From: an uncultured bacterium
GTDB lineage: Bacteria > Arandabacterota > Arandabacteria > Arandabacterales > Arandabacteraceae
Assembly (NCBI GenBank): GCA_964598025.1
Contig: CAZRAU010000006.1
Coordinates: 3,600 to 67,599, forward strand
Direction of reading: 5' to 3'
DNA: 64,000 bases
Part shown: positions 1 to 8,579 of the stretch, in pieces
Layout of the letters: every line of letters begins with the position of its first letter
Numbering within the stretch: position 1 is the first letter of the stretch
The notes under the pieces: model-generated
Databases searched by the model: none
Seen by the model: only the letters and a program-made list of their open reading frames with translations
What the model was told of the DNA's origin: nothing
Program-made: the position numbers and the translations under genes

Positions 1-1
1 C

Positions 2-1459
2 ATGATCGAACGAATTAGTGAGGAAGACGACAACCTGATGGAGAAATTCATAGATGGCGTGATCCCTGGGCGTGATGAGGCCGTCAGGGCAATGCGTAGG
101 GCCACGATAGACGGGAGAATAATCCCGGTTCTGTGCGGTGCCGCGCTCAAGAATAAGGGGGTAAGGCGGCTGCTCGACGCCATAATCGATTATCTGCCGT
201 CCCCGATTGATCTTCCTCCGGTTATAGGCACGCATGATACAACCGCGGAGGAAGTGATAAGAAAGCCGAGTGACGATGCCCCTCTGGCGGCCCTGGCCTT
301 CAAGATCCAATCGGATAAGCACATGGGTAAGTTGACCTATATCCGGATCTACTCCGGGACCTTGAATTCCGGTGATGTGGTTTACAACTCGACCCGTGAG
401 AAAAGGCAGCGAGTCGGCAGGATCTTCGAGATGCATGCAAACAAGCGCGAGATTGTGGAGTCACTTCATACCGGCGATGTTGCGGCGGTGATCGGGCTTG
501 GGGAGACGCAGACCGGGGATACCATCTGTAACGAAGCCCTCCCTATCGTACTGGAGTCGATCGAATTCCCCGCGCCTGTCATCGATGTCGCGGTGAAACC
601 CGAGAGCAGAGCTGACGCCGAGAAGCTGGGCAGGGGACTCAGCCGGCTGGCCGACGAAGACCCGACCTTTGTTGTGAAGAGCAATGCCGAGACCGGAGAG
701 GTCATAATCTCAGGGATGGGAGAGCTCCACATCGAGGTCCTAACCGATCGTCTCAAGCGGGAGTTCGGAGTAGGCGTGGAAGTGGGCAAACCACAGGTCG
801 CCTATCGGGAGACAATCCTCGGTTCGGTCGAACACAATCACAAGCACATAAAGCAGACGGGCGGACACGGCCAGTACGCGCATGTGGTCATGCGCGTCGA
901 GCCCGCGCCTCCGGGCACGGGCCTCAGGTATGAAACCCCGGTGGTCGGCGGTCGTATTCCCCGCGAGTACTTGCCGGCCGTCGAGCGCGGTATTGTCGAT
1001 GCCATGGCTGAAGGGCCTTATGCCGGGTTTCCGATGGTGGACATAAGGGTTGTGGTATTCGACGGGTCGGCCCATGACGTGGATTCATCCGAGCAAGCCT
1101 TTCGAACATGCGGATCTACGGCATTTCGGGAGGCCTGCAAGCGAGCCGGACTGGAGCTTCTTGAACCCGTCATGGATGTCGAGGTCGTAGCTCCGGAGGA
1201 CTATACCGGTGCGGTGACCTCCAGTCTGTGCAGCAAGCGAGGCAAGGTAGTGCGCATGGAGACCAAGGGGAAATCATGTATAACCGGAGCCCATGTGCCC
1301 CTTGCGGAGATGTTCGGCTACTCATCGGAGCTCAGGAACATCACAAGCGGCCGCGGTGAGTTCTCGATGCACTTCTACCACTATGAGACTGTGCCCTATG
1401 CCATAGCCGAGGAGATAGTGGAGGCCCGGCGCAAAGCCAAGGCGGGCGGACAGGCCTAG
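2..1459 (+). CDS. fusA: Elongation factor G (5'-truncated by window edge), probably a stand-alone paralogue
   Basis: EF-G motifs PVLCGAALKNKGV, LAEDPTF-like ADEDPTF, GMGELH, PQVAYRET, KQTGGHGQY, LAEMFGY; not followed by tuf. Confidence 0.95.
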   Translation: MIERISEEDDNLMEKFIDGVIPGRDEAVRAMRRATIDGRIIPVLCGAALKNKGVRRLLDAIIDYLPSPIDLPPVIGTHDTTAEEVIRKPSDDAPLAALAFKIQSDKHMGKLTYIRIYSGTLNSGDVVYNSTREKRQRVGRIFEMHANKREIVESLHTGDVAAVIGLGETQTGDTICNEALPIVLESIEFPAPVIDVAVKPESRADAEKLGRGLSRLADEDPTFVVKSNAETGEVIISGMGELHIEVLTDRLKREFGVGVEVGKPQVAYRETILGSVEHNHKHIKQTGGHGQYAHVVMRVEPAPPGTGLRYETPVVGGRIPREYLPAVERGIVDAMAEGPYAGFPMVDIRVVVFDGSAHDVDSSEQAFRTCGSTAFREACKRAGLELLEPVMDVEVVAPEDYTGAVTSSLCSKRGKVVRMETKGKSCITGAHVPLAEMFGYSSELRNITSGRGEFSMHFYHYETVPYAIAEEIVEARRKAKAGGQA

Positions 1460-1571
1460 GCCCCGGCCGCCGCCGTCTCCGTAGCGTTGCCACTCCTGTG
1501 GCAACGGCGATCGGGACTCCATCCCCAAGGCGCCATGCTTCGCTCCGGCGTTGAGTGGTTGGGGGGAGCGA

Positions 1572-2156
1572 ATGGGAGTGAAAATCGACATGGTCGGCCC
1601 CGAGCGGCTCGCCGACTACTCACAGATCCCGATAGCCTTTGAGGTCACGCATCACCTCACAGTTGAGCTTGTCGGCAAGGGCCTAGGCGGTATAAGGCTT
1701 CGGGAAGCGAAAGTCATGCCCCCATATGTGAAAGATTATGATGCCTCGGATGACGGCGGTCCGGACCGGTGGCATGAGCGCTTCGACACCGCCCACTTCG
1801 TTATCTTCCTTGCCGTTCAGGATGCGTCTTCAGTTGGTGGTGCCACCCTGGTCTATGACACTCCTGGCTTAAATATACTGGCGGGACGAAAGGACATTGT
1901 CGTGCTGTGGGACATCAGGGTTGTACCCGGGTGCCGTCGCGATGGGATAGGGACTAAGCTCTTCCGCCATGCTGCCGACTGGGCTCGGACCAGAGGCTTC
2001 AGACTGCTCAAAATCGAGACGCAGAACGTCAACTTGCCGGCCTGCCGGTTCTATCTTAAGCAAGGGTGCCGGTTGGGCGAGATCAACCGGCATGCGTATG
2101 ACGCCGACCCTGAAGTTGCTCGTGAGGTCATGTTGGTGTGGTATCTTGACCTGTAG
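1572..2156 (+). CDS. GNAT N-acetyltransferase, streptothricin acetyltransferase (SatA)-like
   Basis: LWDIRVVPGCRRDGIGTKL acetyl-CoA motif A; KIETQNVNLPACRFY and EINRHAY typical of the Sat family; GGGGAG RBS before ATG 1572. Confidence 0.8.
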   Translation: MGVKIDMVGPERLADYSQIPIAFEVTHHLTVELVGKGLGGIRLREAKVMPPYVKDYDASDDGGPDRWHERFDTAHFVIFLAVQDASSVGGATLVYDTPGLNILAGRKDIVVLWDIRVVPGCRRDGIGTKLFRHAADWARTRGFRLLKIETQNVNLPACRFYLKQGCRLGEINRHAYDADPEVAREVMLVWYLDL

Positions 2157-2283
2157 CCAGGCTGGTGAAAAACACCCGTCTGCTGCGTTAGCCTCGTCTC
2201 TCCTCACTGCGGCGTATGCAACTATACGCCTCGTTCCTCAAGACATCGTCTGCCTTGCATCCGGGCATTTTTGACCAGCCTGG
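2157..2283. repeat. ~127-bp REP/MITE-like element with terminal inverted repeats
   Basis: CCAGGCTGGTGAAAAA ... TTTTTGACCAGCCTGG (15/16 match); central hairpin GGCGTAT-gcaact-ATACGCC at 2211-2230; related copies at 47307 and 61656. Confidence 0.8.
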
Positions 2284-2309
2284 AATGAGGGCGGTCCCGG
2301 TACACCGGA

Positions 2310-3128
2310 TCAGCCGGTCTTCGTCTCCTGGTGCATATGCACATCCCGCTGCGGGAACGGGATGGTGATACCCGCCTTCTCCAGCTCGAGTTTGCCCTTC
2401 TCCGTCGTATCGAAAAAGACGCCCCAGTAATCTGCCGGCGTCGCCCAAGGCCTTACTACAAGGTTCACGCTGCTGTCGCCGAGCCCTGATACGGCGACTA
2501 CCGGTTCCGGATCCTTAAGCACTCGAGGATCGGATTTCACAAGCTCCATCAGCACGTCTTTGGCCTTCCTGATATCGTCATCGTAGGAGATGCCGAAGGT
2601 CATATCCACCCTTCGCTTGTCGACGGTTGTGAAATTGGTGATCTTGTCGGCTGTAATCTGTGAGTTGGGTATTATGATGCACCGGTTGTCCGGGTGATTG
2701 AGAATCGTATTGAATATCCTGACTTCCTGCACGCTCCCCGAGGTGCCTGCTATTTCGACGAAGTCGCCGGCCTTGAAAGGTTTGAAGACCAGGATCATAA
2801 TCCCTGCAGCGAAGTTCGAGAGCGACCCCTGAAGCGCAAACCCGACGGCCAGGCCGGCGGCTCCAATGAGAGCAACAAGCGAAGCTGTCTGGACGCCGAT
2901 CTTATCGATCGCGGCGACTATGGCGAAGGCCAGGATCAGGAAGTAGCACAAGCTCCTGAAGAACTTCGCCAGGGTCTTCTCCACGTTCGCCTTTATCATG
3001 ATCTTCTCCACGAGCCTGGACACCAGGCCGGCCGCCCATCTTCCAACAAGGAAGATCACAACCGCCGCGATTATCCTCAGCCCGTATGTCATCAGGTGGT
3101 CAGGGAGTTGTGCCATGAACTCATCCAC
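2310..3128 (-). CDS. mscS: Small-conductance mechanosensitive channel
   Basis: GLAVGFALQGSLSNFAAG, PFKAGDFV, IPNS, RRVDMTFGISYDDD, GITIPFPQRDVH. Confidence 0.95.
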   Translation of the reverse strand: MDEFMAQLPDHLMTYGLRIIAAVVIFLVGRWAAGLVSRLVEKIMIKANVEKTLAKFFRSLCYFLILAFAIVAAIDKIGVQTASLVALIGAAGLAVGFALQGSLSNFAAGIMILVFKPFKAGDFVEIAGTSGSVQEVRIFNTILNHPDNRCIIIPNSQITADKITNFTTVDKRRVDMTFGISYDDDIRKAKDVLMELVKSDPRVLKDPEPVVAVSGLGDSSVNLVVRPWATPADYWGVFFDTTEKGKLELEKAGITIPFPQRDVHMHQETKTG

Positions 3129-3407
3129 GCTATTCCTCCTTCCTCAAGTACAGTTTGACGGCAGAGACCCCATTCATGTTAGGGTCTCCAGACGATTCTC
3201 CTTGCCCTCCCACCCTCAGTCAACGCCAAACTCGATGCGGCGCGTGCCCCGGAAGGTGCGCGGACGGCCGGATAGGCTCCGGAATATCCCTGTTGTCACT
3301 TGGGCCGGCGGGTCTTATGCTTGGTGCGTAACGGGACCTGTGGGTGCCCGGCACCGTGGATTGGGTTATGCGGTCTCGTTGTCACATGTCAGCCCGGGAG
3401 GCGAGTC

Positions 3408-4349
3408 ATGGTGAGAAACCTGTTGGTTGCAGTGCTGGTGATGTTTTGTTGCTGTTCGGCTGAAAAGGACCAGGACGGGGCCGCGGGCCTGCCCGACTTC
3501 GATGCCATGTGGGACTATGACCATCCAGACACCACCGAGGCCAGGTTCAGGGAGCTGGTTCCGCTCGCGGAGGAATCCGGCGACCTGTCCTACCAGGCCC
3601 AGCTGATGACCCAGATCGCCAGGACGCAGGGCCTCCAGATGGAATTCGATGATGCCCACAGAACCCTTGACGGCGTGGAGGCTATGCTTACCGACGACTT
3701 GATTGTTGCCAGAATCAGGTACTTGCTCGAGCGAGGCCGGGTCTTTAACTCCGCAGGCCTGGCAGATAGTGCGCGGCCCGTCTTTCTGGAGGCCTGGGAG
3801 GAGGGGCGTCAAGCCAAGGAGGATTTCTATGCCGTCGATGCCGCCCACATGATGGCCATAATAGAACCCCCGGAGGACCAGCTGGTGTGGGCGGGCAAAG
3901 CCATGCAGATCGCCGAGCAGAGCTGGGACGAGCGGGCCAGGCGCTGGCTGGGGTCTCTGTACAACAATGCCGGTTGGACGTACCACGATATGGGGGATTA
4001 CGAGAAGGCCCTTGATCTTTTCGAAAAGGCCCTTGCCTGGAACATGGAGTGTGGAAACGAAGATCGAGTCAGGATCGCTCGATGGACCGTCGCCCGGGCC
4101 TATCGTTCGCTGGGGCGGGTTGAGGACGCCCTCGCGATTCAGGAGGATCTGGAAAGTGAAATCCGGGAAAAGGGTCTCGAGACCGACGGCTATGTCTTTG
4201 AGGAGATAGCCGAGTGTCTTCTCCTTTTGGGAAGAGAGGACGAGGCCAAGGTCTATTTCGCCCGGGCATACGAGCATCTGTCGCAAGATCAGTGGCTGGC
4301 CGCCAATCAAGCCGGTAGACTGACGCGCCTCAAGGATCTGAGTGAGTAG
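3408..4349 (+). CDS. Tetratricopeptide-repeat protein, probable lipoprotein
   Basis: GGAGG RBS before ATG 3408; hydrophobic N-terminus ending in CCCS; TPR-like helices (SLYNNAGWTYHDMGDYEKALDLFEKAL). Confidence 0.8.
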   Translation: MVRNLLVAVLVMFCCCSAEKDQDGAAGLPDFDAMWDYDHPDTTEARFRELVPLAEESGDLSYQAQLMTQIARTQGLQMEFDDAHRTLDGVEAMLTDDLIVARIRYLLERGRVFNSAGLADSARPVFLEAWEEGRQAKEDFYAVDAAHMMAIIEPPEDQLVWAGKAMQIAEQSWDERARRWLGSLYNNAGWTYHDMGDYEKALDLFEKALAWNMECGNEDRVRIARWTVARAYRSLGRVEDALAIQEDLESEIREKGLETDGYVFEEIAECLLLLGREDEAKVYFARAYEHLSQDQWLAANQAGRLTRLKDLSE

Positions 4350-4550
4350 GCCGCGCGGGCCGTCGGTCCTGCATTTCCGTATGGCATGAATGGTGTGGGC
4401 CGTGCCTTGGCAGGAAGGGAAAGCCTATGGGTGGGTATGCCCGTTGAAACAACGAAGAAGCATTACACGTCATCTATGTATGGATATCATCCTGGGAAGC
4501 AGTTGCCGCCAGGGTCACAGACCGGAGTAGCTCAACATTCGGAGGGGAAG

Positions 4551-6998
4551 ATGAAGGCTTTGCCGTTATTGGGTTTGCTGGTTGTCACAGCGGTATCTAC
4601 CGTCTGCGCCGATTCTGAGATTCCACGATATCACTCTCATTACGACTACCTCATGTCCTCGCCGGGCAGCATGCGTTACGGACTGTATGGATATGTGAAC
4701 CCGGCGGTGCTCAAACAGGCTCAGGATTTCGATCTCCTGTTTGCTTGGTCCGGCGCGTCGGACGATTTCGATGACTTCGACCGGTGGGGCCTCTTCACCG
4801 CCACACCGATGCCCAGACTGGGGTTTGGCGTGATCCGAAGCGATGGCGGCCCCGGTGCGGTGAACGACTACCGCCTGTCGGTTGCTTTCGGCGGCAAGAA
4901 ATCGAGTTTCGGTCTTGGTTACGGTTGGAGTGGAGGCGAAACCGCTGCATACAACCGCGGCAACGTCGTGACGGTCGGCACTCTTTCCCGGCCCTCGCGG
5001 TATCTGTCCCTGGGGTTGTCAGGCACGTTTGCGACCTCGGGCAACGCCAAAGAGGGATTGCTTGATGTGGGCATCAGGCCGTTCGGCAGCGAGCTGGTGA
5101 CCCTGTTCGCGGACTGCGCACCCCAGGACGCGGATGATCTCGACACCGCACCATGGAGCACGGGCGTTGTTTTGGAGGCTCTTCCGGGTGTAAGGCTTAC
5201 GGGGAGATACTATGACACCCATGCGGTGGCCGTGGGGCTTAATCTCAGTCTAGGCCATATGGGCCTGCAGAGTCAGGGGCATTCGGACAAGGACGGCAAC
5301 CGCAGCTACAACACCTATGGAATTCGGATCGGCGCCCTGGACCGGAGCGTCCTGAGGTCCCTGACCCAGCGGAACAAGAGGTATCTGAATCTGGATCTCA
5401 ATGGTCCGGTCAAGTATCAACGTTTCAAGATGTTCGACGGTTCAAAAACGCTGATCGGGCTTCTGGCCGCAATAGACGCCGCCCGGGAAGACGAGACCAT
5501 CGCAGGTATTGCCCTGAACACATCCGGCATGCAGGCGGACCCGGAGATGGCCTGGGAGATCAGGCAGGCCCTCAAGGCATTCAGGGCAGCCGGTAAGAAG
5601 GTCGTAATCTATGTCGATGGTGTCGGTATGGGGGAGTACCACTTCGCTTCCGTAGCCGACCGTATCGTGCTGGACCCGATTGCGGACATTTTCCTAACCG
5701 GCGCCCGTGGAGGCAGGTTCTATCTCAAGGGGACGCTGGAGAAACTGGGTATCGGCTTCGATGAATGGCGCTTCTTCAAGTATAAGTCCGCCTATGAGGC
5801 TTTCTCGAGGGACAGCATGTCGGAGGGCGATCGTGAACAGATCCAGGCCATTGTGGATGACTTCTACCAGCTCGCAAAGACCGAAGTCTGTGAGGGCAGG
5901 GGTATCTCCCATGCCGAATTCGATCGGCTGGTGAATGAAGAGATGCTTATTCTGCCCGAGGATGCTGTCGATCTGGGCCTGGCGGATACCCTGGGGAGGT
6001 GGGAAGTTGTCAAAGGTGTGATCGAGGACCTCGAAGGCGAAAAGAAGGGTATGGTGGGTGTGGGGGCGCTTGCGAAGTATGATCTTCCCGATGATGACTA
6101 CTGGGGCGAGAGGCCCAAGATCGCCGTCATATACGGGCTCGGCGTGTGTGCCATGGATGAAGGCATCAAAGCCCGGAGCCTCCAGAAAGTCTTCGACAAG
6201 GTGGCCGGCCGGAGCGACATCAAAGCCGTGGTTTTCCGCGTGGACTCCCCCGGCGGCGACGCTCTGGCGAGCGATGTCGTCGCTGAAGCCATGAAACGCT
6301 GCAAGGAGAAGAAGCCCCTGATCGTTTCCCAGGGCTACGTGGCCGGGAGCGGGGGCTACTGGATATCGATGTATGCGGATACCATCGTGGCATCGCCCGC
6401 TACAATAACGGGCTCCATAGGCGTGATCGGCGGTTGGTTCTATAATGAAGGCTTGAAGGAGAAGCTGGGGATGGCAACCGATATCGTCAAGGTAGGCGAC
6501 CATGCGGATCTCGGCTACGGCATCCCGCTACCCTTTGTCGGGCGTCTGCCTGACAGGAATCTTACGCCGGACGAACGGTCCAAGTTCGAGCACAACATCA
6601 AACATTACTACGACGCCTTTGTGGAGAAGGTCGCCTCGGGTCGTGACATGGCTGCCGAGGATGTATACAAGATTGCTCAGGGAAGAGTATGGTCGGGGAC
6701 CGATGGTCTGGAGATCGGGTTGGTCGATGTGCTCGGGGGCCTCGAGACAGCGATCATGATAGCCAAGGATAGGGCCGGGATCTCACCCGGTGAGGATGTG
6801 GATATCGTGGAGCTTCCGGAAGCGCCGCTCTTTAATCCGCAGATGTTCGCACCCACGCTCTTCGGTGTGGAACAACCCAGGAATGAGATACTGGAGCATC
6901 TCCGGTTCCGCATGGAGCACAACGGTGAAGTGATGCCGCTGCTTCCGGTGGATGCCATGGGCCCGTATCTCGAAGTCGGTCCCAGGAGCTTCGACTGA
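4551..6998 (+). CDS. sppA: Signal peptide peptidase SppA (S49) with N-terminal beta-strand-rich extension
   Basis: KYKSAYE (Lys), RVDSPGG, AGSGGYW (Ser), TGSIGV, AQGRVWSG; GGAGG RBS and signal peptide MKALPLLGLL. Confidence 0.92.
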   Translation: MKALPLLGLLVVTAVSTVCADSEIPRYHSHYDYLMSSPGSMRYGLYGYVNPAVLKQAQDFDLLFAWSGASDDFDDFDRWGLFTATPMPRLGFGVIRSDGGPGAVNDYRLSVAFGGKKSSFGLGYGWSGGETAAYNRGNVVTVGTLSRPSRYLSLGLSGTFATSGNAKEGLLDVGIRPFGSELVTLFADCAPQDADDLDTAPWSTGVVLEALPGVRLTGRYYDTHAVAVGLNLSLGHMGLQSQGHSDKDGNRSYNTYGIRIGALDRSVLRSLTQRNKRYLNLDLNGPVKYQRFKMFDGSKTLIGLLAAIDAAREDETIAGIALNTSGMQADPEMAWEIRQALKAFRAAGKKVVIYVDGVGMGEYHFASVADRIVLDPIADIFLTGARGGRFYLKGTLEKLGIGFDEWRFFKYKSAYEAFSRDSMSEGDREQIQAIVDDFYQLAKTEVCEGRGISHAEFDRLVNEEMLILPEDAVDLGLADTLGRWEVVKGVIEDLEGEKKGMVGVGALAKYDLPDDDYWGERPKIAVIYGLGVCAMDEGIKARSLQKVFDKVAGRSDIKAVVFRVDSPGGDALASDVVAEAMKRCKEKKPLIVSQGYVAGSGGYWISMYADTIVASPATITGSIGVIGGWFYNEGLKEKLGMATDIVKVGDHADLGYGIPLPFVGRLPDRNLTPDERSKFEHNIKHYYDAFVEKVASGRDMAAEDVYKIAQGRVWSGTDGLEIGLVDVLGGLETAIMIAKDRAGISPGEDVDIVELPEAPLFNPQMFAPTLFGVEQPRNEILEHLRFRMEHNGEVMPLLPVDAMGPYLEVGPRSFD

Positions 6999-7084
6999 AC
7001 GAACCGGAGCTAGGGTTTCTAGATGGCGCTACGTCGGGCATGGAATCCCGACGCTACTTCTCTAACCGGCCCGGGAGGATAGAA

Positions 7085-7113
7085 AAAGGGGTGTCGTCAG
7101 ACACCCCTTTCTT
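7085..7113. terminator. Bidirectional intrinsic terminator between convergent genes
   Basis: AAAGGGGTGTC-GTCA-GACACCCCTTT, 11-bp stem with A/T tracts on both sides. Confidence 0.85.
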
Positions 7114-7126
7114 AATGCCCTAACTA

Positions 7127-7981
7127 CTACTCGTACATCGACTTGATGTTGCCCCAGGTGCTGGGCTGAGTCGCGGTAGGACCACCACAAATCAGGTAGA
7201 TCCTCCACGCCAACTCGATACCACCAAACTGGCTGCCATCCGGAGTCGTGTCACGGCCGTCCGTGAACATAAGCGGCGGCCAGTACTCGAATGCATAGGT
7301 CCCGATGAAACCACCATGGACCTTAGGCTCCGGTCCGCCACACCAGCCTCTGGGATAGAGAGCCGGCAGACAGCCATAGTCGTGCATGATACAACCGGTC
7401 TCGAGCCCGGTCGAAATGTTGTCCATACCCCATGCGGGATAAGTACCGTTCGGACCCGTGTGTGTGGCTGTTACGACGATCGACATATTGTTCGGACTGT
7501 AGCAGTCGGTCAGACACAGCGGGGGATCTACAAGGAAGTAGTTCCACGCATAGCCTGTCTCCAGAGGACCGCTGTTCCAGAGATGCGTCATCGGGGCAGC
7601 CGTACCGCAGCATTCCTCACCGGCACAGTACACGTCGAACTCGATCGTGAACAGGCCCGGATAAACCGTTCCGTAACCCGCGAAATCGAGGATACGGAGC
7701 TGCTCGAGCTCATGGCAGATCGCCGGATCGCAAGGAGCAGCGCCAGCGGTTCCCTCATCGCCGATGTTGAAGCACATGCCGATGATATCCCCGGGTGTCC
7801 AGCCAGTGTATGACCAGAACCAGGAATAGGTCGGGCAGGGAATGTAGTAGTAGTAGTTGAGCGTGCAATCATAAAGCGGCTCGGTGCCAAAGTCTTCCTT
7901 CATCTGGTAAGCCTTCTTCTCGAGGGCGAACGCAGATGTGGCAAGCACCAGCACCAACGCGAGTACTATACAAAGCCTCAT
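7127..7981 (-). CDS. Secreted Cys/aromatic-rich hypothetical protein with C-terminal TWGxIK motif
   Basis: AGGAGG RBS; signal peptide MRLCIVLALVLVLATSAFA; ends ATQPSTWGNIKSMYE. Confidence 0.85.
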   Translation of the reverse strand: MRLCIVLALVLVLATSAFALEKKAYQMKEDFGTEPLYDCTLNYYYYIPCPTYSWFWSYTGWTPGDIIGMCFNIGDEGTAGAAPCDPAICHELEQLRILDFAGYGTVYPGLFTIEFDVYCAGEECCGTAAPMTHLWNSGPLETGYAWNYFLVDPPLCLTDCYSPNNMSIVVTATHTGPNGTYPAWGMDNISTGLETGCIMHDYGCLPALYPRGWCGGPEPKVHGGFIGTYAFEYWPPLMFTDGRDTTPDGSQFGGIELAWRIYLICGGPTATQPSTWGNIKSMYE

Positions 7982-8133
7982 CAGAAAACCTCCTGTTTTT
8001 CGGGAGACCCTGGTCACGCAACAAAGTGGTCTCCTGAAGGTCGCAACTAGAAATTCCTCCCTGACTTCACCTCCCTTCGAGCGAACTATCGCTCGCCAAA
8101 GCTAGACCATTGGAGCTTCCCTCGACGAAACGC

Positions 8134-8163
8134 ATTATATCATAGTGTAATTCCCGCAGTCAA
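8134..8163 (-). promoter_or_regulatory. Sigma70-type promoter of the 7127-7981 gene
   Basis: Minus strand TTGACT-18 nt-TATAAT with TGn extended -10. Confidence 0.75.
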
Positions 8164-8579
8164 GCATTAATTTGAGTGTAAGACGACTATATCTCAACAT
8201 ATATGCCATATCCTCCGCCTATTACACACAACGTATTGGTGGCGCGGCATCACTATTTCATTGGCGGATAATGAGATATCGGCGCGCAATATAGGCAGGA
8301 CCGGATTCCGACATGTAGTGTCGGCCGCCCTTTCGATCTGGATTGGCCAAAGCCTATCCGGCTGTCTGTCGCTTGCGGGTTCTTGCAGTCTGCATGCGGC
8401 CCTTCGGACCAGGAGGGTCGGAATCGCCCCATGGAACCACTCATTCCTGTTGATCAAGCCGCGGTGCGAGTATAGACTGATGGCGTCAGGCCATAAGGAC
8501 GGTCAGGTGAAATCGTTGATAGCGGGCTTCGGTTGTGTCGCCGCGACTCTTCAAGATCGAATTCCGGAAAGGAGTGGCC

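Noticed and set aside
4523-4535. CGGAGTAGCTCAA, resembling a tRNA 5' end
   Set aside because: No D-loop GG, anticodon arm or TTCGA T-loop follows
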